Of a DNA stretch of 64,000 nt, positions 49,322 through 59,900 are shown piece by piece. A program made the position numbers and the translations under genes. Under the pieces are notes generated by a model. That model was not told the origin of the DNA and ran no database searches. It saw only the letters and a list, made by a program, of their open reading frames with translations. Position 1 is the first letter of the stretch, and each line of letters begins with the position of its first letter. The DNA is taken from the NCBI GenBank assembly GCA_965203355.1, contig OZ241889.1, forward strand, positions 1,152,001 through 1,216,000. The letters are read 5' to 3'. This DNA comes from Candidatus Latescibacterota bacterium (GTDB lineage Bacteria; Latescibacterota; UBA2968; UBA8231).

Positions 49322-51217
49322 TCAACGCTTCTTCCGCCTTCCCCGCTCCTTCTTCCTCGCCGTCAGCGGTACTTGCGTTTGCTCGTAGCGTGCGAAGAGA
49401 TGCTCCACGCGCTCGCGCTCGGAAGTGAAACGGGCGCGGCGATAGAGGCCATCGACAGCGCGGTCGAGGGCTTGGTGTGCTTTGCGGAGGTCGGCGGGCA
49501 TGAGGTCGGGATCGTAGAGGTCGGCGAGCGTGGCGTTGGGATGGACGGCGCGTGCGGCGAGGACCGCGTCGGCGTGGGGTACGAGGCGTTCTAGGTTTTT
49601 TTCGGAGACAGGTGGGAGCGGAAAGGTGTTGTACACGAGGCCGATAGAATAGCGATAACGGCTCTCCAGCCGCCCGCCAATGGAGCGCAACCAACTTACG
49701 TGCATGGCCGAGGTGAGCAGGGCGAATAGGGGTTTGCTGGCGTTTTCGATGATGCGGACGAGATTGCTCGGAATCACTGGTGGCTCAAGCCATCCAATCG
49801 GGATGTAATCTCGCCGTTCAGAACTGACCTCGGGCACGACTAAAAACGGCGCGGTGGGAATGACTTCCACTTCGTACTTTGTCGGAAAATCTGCCAATAT
49901 GCGGGTCGCCTGTTTTTTGCTAACAGCTCGCATTTGCCGGACAGCCACCATGCGTTCCCGAACGAGCGGTAGCTTCCTCAGTTCGGTCGGGTCGGCATCC
50001 CCCAAGTGAAGAATCCAACGCGATTTTCCTTGGAGAAATTCCGCTGCTCCAATGAACGGGCGAAAAAACTTCGCCGCGCTTGGCTCTTGCTGGAGAAATT
50101 TCATCTTGTCCGCATCGCTAAAAAGATAATGAGCACCGACTACCGGCTTGGTTCCCATTCGCGCTGCGGGAAGGCCGTTCAGCGGTGAGGTAGTCTCCTG
50201 TACCACAATACGAGGATTGACCAATCCGCCAGCGTCGAACAAGTAGGGCGAGAGGGCCGCGTGTTGGCTCTCTCGTGGATCGCCTTTGGGGGTGTCGTAG
50301 GAAAATAGTCGCTTCTCATGCGGCACATCGTCCTGCTTGGCTAGTCCGATAATGACCACATGAACGCGAGCCTTGCCGCGGGCGTCCGATCCCCAAGCAA
50401 AGGTGCGGTGCGCGAAGGCGACCTCCAGTTTGCAGCGATTAAATAGGAGTGGCCAAAGTTGCGCCACTTGCTCGCCCTGGGTGATGGAATTGGTGGCGAC
50501 AAAGCCAATTCGTGTTGTACTTTTTTGTGCGTATTCGCCCGCTTTGATGAACCATGCACATACATAGTCGAGCGAACCTGCTCGGCCAGCGGGCGAACTG
50601 ATAACAGTGGCCATTTGCCGACGTTGGGTTGGCGATTGATAACTCTGTCCCACAAACGGCGGATTCCCCAACACGTACGAACATTGCTCCGGCGGCAGCA
50701 GTTCGCTCCAGTCCGTTTCCAGCGCGTCGCCGTGCTGGATGTGCGGCGATTTTTCCAGCGGGATACGCGCATACGTCCGGCCGAACTCCAAGCTCAGCCG
50801 ATTGTTCATAATGTGATCCATCATCCACAGCGCGGTGGCCGCGATACGCGCCGGAAACTCGCCAATCTCAATGCCGTAGAACTGATCGACGTCGACCACG
50901 GAAAGCAGTTCGGCAAAGGCAGAAAGCTGGCCGGACGGATGCAACTCGCGCAACACCTCGATTTCAAGCTGCCGCAGCTCCCGGTAGGCGATGATGAGAA
51001 AGTTGCCGCAGCCGCAGGCCGGGTCGAGAAACGTCAACTGGCCTAGCTTTTGTTGGAAGGCGTACAAGTCGGGAATGCGGCGGTTGTCGCGGCGGACCTT
51101 CAGGCGGGCAAACTCCGCCCGAAGGTCGTCTAAAAACAGCGGCTCAATCACCTTGCGAATGTTCTGTTCGGTGGTGTAGTGCGCCCCCTGCGTCCGCCGT
51201 TTGGCCGGTTCCATCAC
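49322..51217 (-). CDS. MmeI-like (Type IIL/YeeA-like) R-M enzyme, methyltransferase + TRD part
   Basis: GAHYT, LDPACGCGNFL, GNPPFVG, TNSITQGEQ, LADLYDP. Confidence 0.9.
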   Translation of the reverse strand: MMEPAKRRTQGAHYTTEQNIRKVIEPLFLDDLRAEFARLKVRRDNRRIPDLYAFQQKLGQLTFLDPACGCGNFLIIAYRELRQLEIEVLRELHPSGQLSAFAELLSVVDVDQFYGIEIGEFPARIAATALWMMDHIMNNRLSLEFGRTYARIPLEKSPHIQHGDALETDWSELLPPEQCSYVLGNPPFVGQSYQSPTQRRQMATVISSPAGRAGSLDYVCAWFIKAGEYAQKSTTRIGFVATNSITQGEQVAQLWPLLFNRCKLEVAFAHRTFAWGSDARGKARVHVVIIGLAKQDDVPHEKRLFSYDTPKGDPRESQHAALSPYLFDAGGLVNPRIVVQETTSPLNGLPAARMGTKPVVGAHYLFSDADKMKFLQQEPSAAKFFRPFIGAAEFLQGKSRWILHLGDADPTELRKLPLVRERMVAVRQMRAVSKKQATRILADFPTKYEVEVIPTAPFLVVPEVSSERRDYIPIGWLEPPVIPSNLVRIIENASKPLFALLTSAMHVSWLRSIGGRLESRYRYSIGLVYNTFPLPPVSEKNLERLVPHADAVLAARAVHPNATLADLYDPDLMPADLRKAHQALDRAVDGLYRRARFTSERERVEHLFARYEQTQVPLTARKKERGRRKKR

Positions 51218-52107
51218 GATTGGAACAGCGATCCGAAGATGGCCGGAGAAATCGCGGTCCAGTCGAACAAGCAGGCGTTGATTAAGCTCTGGCGCATGGC
51301 TGCATCAAAATCCGGGATGCGTAGCGGCTGGGCGAATAGCTCGCCGTTGATGTAAGGAAAGCGCCCCAAGTCTTCATCGAGCTTGGTCTGTCGCCACTCG
51401 GCTGGCGTGTTCAACACTTGAAACAGCCGCGCCAGATAGGGGCCGAGATCGCTGCCGTCGGGCGCGGTGCGCTCCTCAATGAACTGCAAGAAAATGTCGC
51501 GTGGCTCGAAAATGCCCGTGTCGTCGGCGAACAAGCAAAAGACGATGCGGACGAGGAATTGCTCTAAGTCGTGGCCGTCGTAGCCGGACTCGGTTAGGGC
51601 GTCGTGCAGGCGCGCAATGCGCTCAGCCGCCTCGATGTTGACCGGATCTTGGTCGCGGAACGTGCGCCGCTGCACCCCGATGATGAAGCCGAACTTTTCG
51701 ACGTGCTGCGGTAGATCGGCCAGAGCAAAGCGCGTCTCCTCGCGCTCGTCGCGGTCGAGCAGTGCAAAGGTCTGAAAGTCGCAGATCAGTTGGTAGCGGG
51801 GGCGGTCGCGCTCGGACAGCGCGTCAAAATAGGTACCGGCTTGTTCGTGGGCGGCGGTAAGGTCGCGGCCGGCACTCTTTTGCTCGACTAGCAACACGCC
51901 CGGCCAGAACAGGTCGATAAAGCCGTGCGAGTTGTCCAAGCGGCGGACATGCTCCTCATACCGCGCAACCGCACGCCGCTGCACCCCGAAGATGTTAAAA
52001 AAATCGTTGTAGAAGCTCTGGGTCTCGCCGCGCTCGTAGGTCGCGTTGTCCCACGCTGCGGCGAATTGGGCGGCGCGGGCGCGGATTTCGTTCCAAGATA
52101 GGCGCAT
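51214..52107 (-). CDS. MmeI-like enzyme, N-terminal nuclease + spacer part, split by a frameshift
   Basis: ERGETQSF, IDLFWPGVLLVEQKS, LFADDTGIF, SPAIFGSLFQS then TGA. Confidence 0.88.
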   Translation of the reverse strand: MRLSWNEIRARAAQFAAAWDNATYERGETQSFYNDFFNIFGVQRRAVARYEEHVRRLDNSHGFIDLFWPGVLLVEQKSAGRDLTAAHEQAGTYFDALSERDRPRYQLICDFQTFALLDRDEREETRFALADLPQHVEKFGFIIGVQRRTFRDQDPVNIEAAERIARLHDALTESGYDGHDLEQFLVRIVFCLFADDTGIFEPRDIFLQFIEERTAPDGSDLGPYLARLFQVLNTPAEWRQTKLDEDLGRFPYINGELFAQPLRIPDFDAAMRQSLINACLFDWTAISPAIFGSLFQS

Positions 52108-52118
52108 GGCAATGGGTT

Positions 52119-52793
52119 CTACGCGGGGTTGCCTGCTGGAAACCAATCGGTCAGGACCGTTTTGAGTTCCAAAAACGCCGGATCATGGCAGCCGCGCAGG
52201 GAAACCTTTTCTGCAAGCTGCCGATACAACGAGGCACTGCGAGGTTTCCGCACTGTGTATAAAGCCGCTTCCAACGCCTCCTTGGGCCGCTGGGGTTTGG
52301 TTGCCCCGGCTTGCTCCAACGCCTCCTTGGGCCGCTGGGGTTTGGTTGCCCCGGCTTGCAAATAGCCCTGACGGATCAGCCAGCGACGCAGCGAAGGTCG
52401 TCGATTCTTCCAACCTGCTGCGTTGTCAACATGAGGCGAATCGCTCCAGACCCACGCCTCCAGTTCTGGATCGAGCACGATGGCCCTCGCTCGTTTGCCC
52501 CACGCCGAATCTTCGAACTCGCGGTTGAGTTCTTGCTGTATTTCTCGAGGCTGCTTCTGCTCTCTGCCACTGCCTTCGCGATCGAACATGAGCAACCCGT
52601 GGCGATACTGCTGCGAGAAATTGGCAAGGAATGCAACGCCGCGTGTAACGCAGCCGGGATCATGTTGCGGATGAATGGAAATGTTCGCGTCAATTGAGCG
52701 AATGCCCAATGCCTCTGGTCGCGTAAACAATCCAATCAGCGCCTGTTCTATATTGTGGTCGGCTACAAGTACAAAGAGGTCTCTCTCGTTCAT
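52119..52793 (-). CDS. TOPRIM-like ATPase partner resembling MADS Mad4
   Basis: DLFVLVAD, HDPG, MFDREG, PELEAWVW, RPKE; ATGA overlap with the ATPase; family match from recall. Confidence 0.6.
   Translation of the reverse strand: MNERDLFVLVADHNIEQALIGLFTRPEALGIRSIDANISIHPQHDPGCVTRGVAFLANFSQQYRHGLLMFDREGSGREQKQPREIQQELNREFEDSAWGKRARAIVLDPELEAWVWSDSPHVDNAAGWKNRRPSLRRWLIRQGYLQAGATKPQRPKEALEQAGATKPQRPKEALEAALYTVRKPRSASLYRQLAEKVSLRGCHDPAFLELKTVLTDWFPAGNPA
52270..52359. repeat. 45-bp perfect in-frame tandem duplication
   Basis: QAGATKPQRPKEALE twice. Confidence 0.95.
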
Positions 52794-54037
52794 CCCAAAA
52801 CCCCAGAGGCGAGTAGGGTGCCAAGGTCGGCTTGACCTTGCCATTGCCGCAGCGCGGGGTGTTCGGTGCCCAGAACAATGTCGGTTGCGCCGTCGTCGTT
52901 CTTGGCAAAGCACAATACGTCATCCATGCTGGCCGTGCTCAGCACTACTGGCGAATGCGTCGCCAACAAGACCTGAGACTCATACATGGAAGCAAGCGAG
53001 TCATACGCGGTGGCGACTGCGCGCGGATGGATCCCGTTTTCGGGTTCCTCTATTAGGTAGATACCTTGCAGATCGGCTAGATATGCGGGCAGCGTGAGTG
53101 CCGTCAGTCGCAAGGTGCCGTCAGAAACCATCCACGAAGGCACTGCGAGACCGCCTTCGTACTCGTAGATCATGTAGCAATGTCGATCCTCTGGACGCTC
53201 GAAGGTCTCGATGGCGACCAAATCCGGCAGTGCCGTGCGCATATGGACGATCCAGTCTTGGTAGCGTTGGGGAGTTTTAGCGCGCAAATCAGCTATCGCC
53301 CACGGCAGGTTTGAACCGTCCGGCAAGAAACCCGATCCCCGCATCGGCGGACTCGGTCGCTTAATGGCATGGCTATTTAGTACAAACTTTTGGACGCCGC
53401 TGGTCAGATACGCTAAAAACCACGCGGCAACGGGAAAGCGCTCTATATCAGCCGGCAGATTGCCGAAAGCCGAAGTCTGCGGCCCTAGCTTAAAAGACGG
53501 CGACCAACCTTTGTCTGTTTCGCTATAGAAGCTATCGTTGCCGCCCGCTGTCTTGTTGACGACAGCCTTACTGTCTTTCTGCCTTATGCGTTCCAACAGC
53601 GAAGCGGGGGCGTCAATTGGCCGCGGAAATAAAGCGAGTTGTGGCACGGCGATGTGCTCGGACTTTTTGAGCAAGACCGTCTCGGATTTGAATGCGAATC
53701 GCCCCTGTGTTTCGTCAAAGCCAATCGCCACCTGATACCGTGCGGTGTCCAGCTCTGGTTTTACGGTCCGAGAACACAGGCTGCTGGGAATGCACGCCTC
53801 TACTGCTAGCTCCAGCCTATCGCCCTGACGCCGAAAAAGAAGATCTTGGGGGTCCTGAGTGCGTTCTGCAATGGCCGCATCCAACCCCTCAGACAACACA
53901 TCGCGCAGAAAGCCGATGACGTCCAAAAAAGTTGTTTTGCCAGACGCATTCGGCCCCACGAGAACGTGAAAAGGGCGCAGTGGCCTATGCACATATCGCA
54001 AACAGCGATAATTCAAGGCTTCAATGAGGGTTATCAT
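52790..54037 (-). CDS. ABC/AAA_21-type ATPase resembling MADS Mad3
   Basis: IEALNYRCL, GPNASGKT, VSDGTLR, IEEPENGIHP, ATHSP. Confidence 0.85.
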   Translation of the reverse strand: MITLIEALNYRCLRYVHRPLRPFHVLVGPNASGKTTFLDVIGFLRDVLSEGLDAAIAERTQDPQDLLFRRQGDRLELAVEACIPSSLCSRTVKPELDTARYQVAIGFDETQGRFAFKSETVLLKKSEHIAVPQLALFPRPIDAPASLLERIRQKDSKAVVNKTAGGNDSFYSETDKGWSPSFKLGPQTSAFGNLPADIERFPVAAWFLAYLTSGVQKFVLNSHAIKRPSPPMRGSGFLPDGSNLPWAIADLRAKTPQRYQDWIVHMRTALPDLVAIETFERPEDRHCYMIYEYEGGLAVPSWMVSDGTLRLTALTLPAYLADLQGIYLIEEPENGIHPRAVATAYDSLASMYESQVLLATHSPVVLSTASMDDVLCFAKNDDGATDIVLGTEHPALRQWQGQADLGTLLASGVLG

Positions 54038-54049
54038 TCGGCGAGACTT

Positions 54050-54781
54050 CTACTGAAACACCTGCACCGTCGGCTTAATCACCAACAAGGGCACACAGGC
54101 GCGGGGTGGAAGAGAGGCCACAAAAAGCGCGGCTTGGGCCAGCTCTTCGGGTTGCAGCATGGCGGCTCGACGTTGGGCGCTGACGGGTTCGGGCCGCTGG
54201 GCCAAAATCGGCGTCTCGACCTCGCCGGGGCAGATGGCGCAGGCGCGAATGCCGGACGCGACTTCTTCCTCGTTGATCGAGTTCGTCAGGGCCACTGCTC
54301 CGTGCTTGGAGGCCGAGTACGCCGCGCCGGCCAGCTTGCTGGCCCGCAGGCCAGCGATGGACGAAACGGTGATGATGAGGCCGTCGTTTTGTTGCCGCAT
54401 CCCCGGCAACAGTGCCCGCACCATGTTGTACACCCCGGTGAGATTGATGGCAAGGGTCTGGTCCCAGTCCTCCGGGGCCACTTCGCCGACCGAGCGCGGA
54501 TTGGTGTTGATGCCCGCGTTGTTGACGAGCACATCGACAGAACCCCACGTCGCTTCAACGGCCGATACAAGATCGCCGACTGCATCGCGGTCGGACACGT
54601 CGCAGGAGTGAAGCAGGATGCGGTCGGGAGCGAGGCCGACGGCCGCGGCCGCGAGCGGCTCAGGGCGTCGCCCGACAAACGCCACCCGCGCCCCGGCGTG
54701 GGCAAAGCCGCGGGCGATGGCCGCGCCGATACCAGTGCCCGCGCCGGTTGTTACCACCACTTTATCGGTGAATTGCCGCAT
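54050..54781 (-). CDS. SDR-family oxidoreductase
   Basis: TGAGTGIG, NNAG, YSASK. Confidence 0.92.
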   Translation of the reverse strand: MRQFTDKVVVTTGAGTGIGAAIARGFAHAGARVAFVGRRPEPLAAAAVGLAPDRILLHSCDVSDRDAVGDLVSAVEATWGSVDVLVNNAGINTNPRSVGEVAPEDWDQTLAINLTGVYNMVRALLPGMRQQNDGLIITVSSIAGLRASKLAGAAYSASKHGAVALTNSINEEEVASGIRACAICPGEVETPILAQRPEPVSAQRRAAMLQPEELAQAALFVASLPPRACVPLLVIKPTVQVFQ

Positions 54782-56238
54782 TATTCCGCTTCCTTTTTGA
54801 TGGCCTTTAAGCGCTGCGCTTCTTCGCGCTCCTTGTAAAATGAGTCGAGGGGAAAGCAGCCGGAAATCATGCCGTTGCGCGGCGCAGTCGTGCAATCGGA
54901 GAACGTGCGGCAGATGACGCGCCGTTGCAGTTGGCCGGTTTGCAGCACGTCGCTGGGCAGGTCGGGATAGGACAGCACCATCCGCCCCAAGCCGATAAAA
55001 TCCACCATGCCCGCCCGGACGAGGGCCTGCCCCACGTGCGGTAGATACTCCTGCAAGTAGGAATAACCCGACCCAACGAACAGGCTGCGCGAAAAACGCG
55101 CCTTGAGCCGGGCGACCATCGCCACTTGCCGCGCCACCCCGCACAGCGGGTCTTCCGGCGGCAGGTACCCGTCGGAAGGGGGAAAGAGCGCGGGCCGCTG
55201 GATGTGCGGATTGTAGTAGGGGCTGCCGCAGGACAAGTTGATCAGGCCCACGCCCAAGCTCTCCAACAAGGCGATGAACTGCTCGGCCTCGCCTAAGTCC
55301 ATTTGCCGCGGGTCGGACGGATCGACCCCAAAGCCGTACTCGTAGGGCAGGCAGTTTTGGTGCGGCTCGGGCACGCCAGGCCCCCGGTCCTCATTTGGAT
55401 CGGCTCGGAAGGGCACGAAGTCGAAAGCACTCAGCCGCACGCCAATGCCGAGACCAGGTGCCCGATGGCGAATTCCCGCGATGATGGAGCGGACAAAGCG
55501 CGTGCGATTGGCAAAGGAGCCGCCAAAGGGGCCAGGCCGGGTAAACGCGCTGAGGAATTCGTGCCCTAGGTAGCCGTGGCAATGCTTGATGTCCACGAAG
55601 TGGTAGCCTAGCTCATGGGCGATTTGTGCGCTGACGACATAGCGGTCGATCAACGCCTCAATAGCGGCGTCCGTCAGGAGCGGATAGCCCGCGTCAAGGC
55701 CGAATTTGCGGTCCAAAATCGGGTGGTGATAGAGGATGGCTGGCGCGGCTTGGCCTTGGCGATAGGGCCGGCAAAACCGCCCCGAATGCGTCAGTTGCAG
55801 GCCGAGGAGCAGGTCGTCGGTGGAGCCGAATCGCGCGTCGTGTGCCGACAGGAGGATGTCGCGCAGCTCGGCCATGCCGGCGCGGTTTTCTTCGCGCGCC
55901 ATGAGCTGGTTGGGATTGGCGCGGCCCTCGGGCACCACGGCAAACGCCTCCCCGCCCCAGATGAGCTTGGCCCCACTGCGCCCGAAATTCCGCCAGCGTC
56001 GGCGCGTCAGATCGCTTGGCTGGCCGTCTTCAGTCCCATCCCATCCTTCCATCGGCTGAATGGCAAAGCGATTGCCAATGCGGTTGCCGCCGCTATGGGC
56101 TGGTTGGGCTAGCGGAGAAGTGGGCGCGGTTTCGACTTGGTCGTCGCAGGGCATGGCCGCGCCCAAATGGGCTAAGTGGGCGCGGAAATCCGCTGCCTGC
56201 TTAAAGCTGGAGATGCGCGGATAGCGCGTCTTGGCCAT
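54781..56238 (-). CDS. NADH:flavin oxidoreductase (Old Yellow Enzyme family)
   Basis: [29 protein letters not shown]. Confidence 0.9.
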   Translation of the reverse strand: MAKTRYPRISSFKQAADFRAHLAHLGAAMPCDDQVETAPTSPLAQPAHSGGNRIGNRFAIQPMEGWDGTEDGQPSDLTRRRWRNFGRSGAKLIWGGEAFAVVPEGRANPNQLMAREENRAGMAELRDILLSAHDARFGSTDDLLLGLQLTHSGRFCRPYRQGQAAPAILYHHPILDRKFGLDAGYPLLTDAAIEALIDRYVVSAQIAHELGYHFVDIKHCHGYLGHEFLSAFTRPGPFGGSFANRTRFVRSIIAGIRHRAPGLGIGVRLSAFDFVPFRADPNEDRGPGVPEPHQNCLPYEYGFGVDPSDPRQMDLGEAEQFIALLESLGVGLINLSCGSPYYNPHIQRPALFPPSDGYLPPEDPLCGVARQVAMVARLKARFSRSLFVGSGYSYLQEYLPHVGQALVRAGMVDFIGLGRMVLSYPDLPSDVLQTGQLQRRVICRTFSDCTTAPRNGMISGCFPLDSFYKEREEAQRLKAIKKEAE

Positions 56239-56993
56239 CAGGCGGCCTCTGGCCGGCGTTGCAGATGCAACATGAGCCCCAAGCCGAAGACAATCATGAC
56301 GAGGCTGAGAAGCTGGGCTTGGCTCAGGCCCCACAGGGCAGGCGGATTGATCCGAATGAACTCCACCGCGAACCGCGCCAGCCCGGCGAGGATGAGATAG
56401 AAGCTGAACGATAGGCCCGGAGGCGCGAAGCGGGTGCGCCTCTTCCACAAGAAAGCTGCGATCCCCAAGTGGGCGAGGGTTTCGTACACGGGCGCGGGAT
56501 GGACTTTTTCAAAGGTTGGCACCACGCCGTTGGGATAGGCCATGCCCCAAGGGAGATCGGTCGGCACCCCGTAGTCGCCATCGCCGGCGAGTTGGCAGCC
56601 GATGCGCCCGACCCCGTAGCCCACGGCCAGGGCGATGCCCACCGCGTCGGCGACCGGGCCCAGCGGTGCATTGTAGCGGCGAATTTGCCACAGCACGCCA
56701 ACGGCAGCGACGACGAATCCCCCGTACCAAGTCAAGCCATAGCCGGAAAACAGCAGGTCGAACACGTCGCCCCAAGTCTCGGGCGACGTTTCAAAGAGCA
56801 CAAAGTAGAGCTTGGCTCCGACTAGCCCGCCGATCATGCCGGTGGTGACAATCGTCGATCCCAGTTCGTCGTGCAGACCTTGGCGTTTGAACTCGCTATT
56901 GAGTACGCGCAGGGCGGCCAAGAAACCGAGGGCGACCATGAGGCCAAACGTGCCAATGCTAATGGGGCCGATTTCGAATAGGTAGGGATACAT
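56238..56993 (-). CDS. lgt: Prolipoprotein diacylglyceryl transferase
   Basis: [36 protein letters not shown]. Confidence 0.92.
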   Translation of the reverse strand: MYPYLFEIGPISIGTFGLMVALGFLAALRVLNSEFKRQGLHDELGSTIVTTGMIGGLVGAKLYFVLFETSPETWGDVFDLLFSGYGLTWYGGFVVAAVGVLWQIRRYNAPLGPVADAVGIALAVGYGVGRIGCQLAGDGDYGVPTDLPWGMAYPNGVVPTFEKVHPAPVYETLAHLGIAAFLWKRRTRFAPPGLSFSFYLILAGLARFAVEFIRINPPALWGLSQAQLLSLVMIVFGLGLMLHLQRRPEAA

Positions 56994-56995
56994 AA

Positions 56996-59900
56996 TCAGA
57001 TGTTTTTGCGGCCTAGCGCTGCGACCTGTCGCTTGAGCGCGGCGGCGATCTCGTAGTAGATCTCGTAGGGAGTTCCCTTGAAGGGGGCCGCTGTCAAGGG
57101 CGGGCCAAAGAGCAGGCGCAAAGGGTGGCGCGATGGGGTGCGCGTCCCCTCGGGCAGGGCCTCGCGGGTCCCGGCAATGTGCAGGGGGACTACGGGTGCA
57201 TCCAGTTCGTAGGCCAAAAGCCCCACGCTGGCCTTAAACGGCTGTAGCTGGCCGTTGACCGAGCGCGTGCCTTCGGGAAAGACCAACAGGGGGCGACGCA
57301 CGCCCACCAATTGCCGCGCCCGCACCAAGCCGGCCGCGAAGTTGTCGTGGCCATCAAAGGGGATGGCATTGACAAAGGTAGATAAAAACCAGCGCAGCTC
57401 GGCGTCGGTAAGGTCGTGCTCGCTGGTTGCGATATTGAGGTGATCGACCTGGGAATGCACGGCTGCGTACACGCAGGCACCGTCGAGGTGGCTGGCGTGA
57501 TTGGCGGCAATCAGGTAGGGCCGATCTTGGGGCAAGTGTTCTAGGCCGCCGGCGCGGAAATCGAAAAAGCGGCGGAACAAAGGACCGCCGGTCTCCCACA
57601 GGATTTCTTGCAGCCTGTTTTTGCCGACTGCGCTCTCTGGCTCGGCCTTCGGCTCGGCGTGCAAGATGCTCGACCAGTACGCGGGAGACTGCTCCACGCC
57701 CCAATCCACCCCATCTTGCAAGTGAGCCTCCAGCCGTGCCAAGACGCTGCGAAGCGTGTCCTGCGGCTGCAAGAGTCCTTCGACTGGAGCTCCCAATCGC
57801 TGGCCGAGCCACGCGGCAAACTCCACGGCCATCAGCGAATCCAACAAGGTGTCGAGCGGCGCATCCAGATGAGCGGCTATCTCCCCGGTGCTCAGCCCCG
57901 CAAGTCGGCCGATTTGGCGCTGGATCGCCCGCTCCCATTCCGGCAGGGCCGCGCCCGGGCAGCCTTCGCGCTCGATGGCGGACAAGAGGGCTTGGCGGTC
58001 CACGGTGCCGTCGTCTAGCCGCGGCAGGGGGCGGGCCCAAAAGTGCCAGTGCTGGATCCGGTGATGACTGGGCAAGGTGCGCGCAATCTCGTATGAGCGC
58101 GCTTGGATGGCCTCGCGCAAGCCCTCGGTTTCTTCGGCGTCGCGGTCGAGCACAGCCACGCCGTGTACTGCTTCGCCCCCGGTGTGCGCCGAAGGCACGC
58201 CGACTACGCTTAGCTCGGCTACGTGCGGCAAGCCGCGGTAGAGCGATTCGACTTCGCGGGGATAGACGTTGTGGCCGGCTCCGTTGACGATCAAGTCTTT
58301 GCTCCGCCCCTCGACGAAGAGATAGCCGTCGTCGTCGAGACGGCCGAGATCGCCCGTGTGTAGCCACTCATCCTGCAACGCGGCTTGGGTCAATTCCTCT
58401 TGGGCGAAGTACCCCTCCATGACGTTGGCACCGCGCACTAAGATCTCGCCGATGCGGTGCTCGTCCGGCTCGGCGATTTGCACTTGCTGCCCGGGCAGCA
58501 CCTGCCCCACGGACCGGGCCTTGCCCTGATGGGGCGGGTTGACCGCCACGACCGAGGCCGCTTCGCTGAGGCCGTAGCCTTGGCAGATCGCAACGCCGAG
58601 CCGCTCATACGTGCCGACGAGGTCGTCGGGCAGAGCCGAGCCGACGCTGACGACTCGCCTCAAAGTGGCCAGCCCGGTTGTGGCTTCGGCTCCGAGGCGT
58701 TCGACGCGCTCGGCCAAGACGCGCAACAGGCGCGGCGCGGTCAACAGCACGGTCGGGCCCGTATCGCGCAGGGTGCGGAGCATTGCGCGGCTGTTGACGG
58801 CCTCTAAATACGTGATGGTGGCCCCGCCGAGCAGTGGCAGCAGCAAGCCGCCGGTGAATTCGAGGGCTTGATCGAGGGGCAGGGTCGAGAGCATGCGGTC
58901 GGATTCGTAGAGGCGCAGCACCTCGCCTTGGGCGAGGACGTTGGAGATGAGGTTGCGATGGCTCAACACCACGCCGCGCGGCTCGACAAGCGAGGTGAAG
59001 ATAATGGACGCCGTGGCACTGGGCTCGACCCTCGGTGGCTTCCAACGGCCTTCTTTGGTGGCCGCGCTTGGCCCGGAGTTTTGCCCGAATGGCCGGCCGT
59101 CGCGATCGGCGTTGAAAAAGGCCAGTTCTTTGTGGGAGGCTACGCCCTCGGGCGAGAGTTGGGAAAAGCGCTTTTCTGCGGCAATCAACGCCCGCGCTCC
59201 GACCAAGTCGCACAGCCTCCAGATGTTTTTCTCGCGCGTCTGCGGGCTGATGGGCACGACCGCTAGCCCAAGCAGGCTGGCCGCCATGTAGGCGACGACC
59301 CACTCTGGCCCGTTGGCTCCGCACAGCAGGACCCGCGCCCCGGCCGACAGGCCCTGGGTGCGCCAACGGCGTGCCATGTGCTCGGCGCGAGTGAGCAACT
59401 CGTCGTAACTGATGCGCGTCCAGCCGGATTGGCGCTCGATTTGCAAGGCCGTTCTGGCGGCGTAGCGGCCGCAGGCCCAGCGCAACAGGTCCGGGATGGT
59501 GCGGATGCTTTCCTCGACGCGCCAGCGCTGTTCTTCGCCCCCCACTTCGCTCGGTGCCGCGCTCAACGGCTCTTGGTCGTCGTCGGCCCCGCCCAACTCG
59601 TGGCGGCGGAGGCCCGGCAGATGGGTCTTTTGATAGTATTGGTACCAGTCGATCCGCCGCACGTCCATGTTGAAAATCCGCTGCTCTTCGGGCGGCAGCG
59701 ACTCGTAGAGAGCCAACATGCGCTTGGCGGCATAGCGGCAGTCGAGGGTCGTGTACGGGCTGAATAGGTCGGTGAAGTACTGGACGCGCTTGAGGCGCGT
59801 CTTGAGCGCGGCCAAGCGGCGCTTTTTCTGGGCCGGTGCCCAGCGCTCGGGCAGGCACTCGTAGAGCTTTTGCTTTGCTTCGAGAGGATAGAGGTACTTC

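Noticed and set aside
39277-54050. Long direct repeats flanking the two ATPase-pair blocks
   Set aside because: None found by eye at either block's boundaries.
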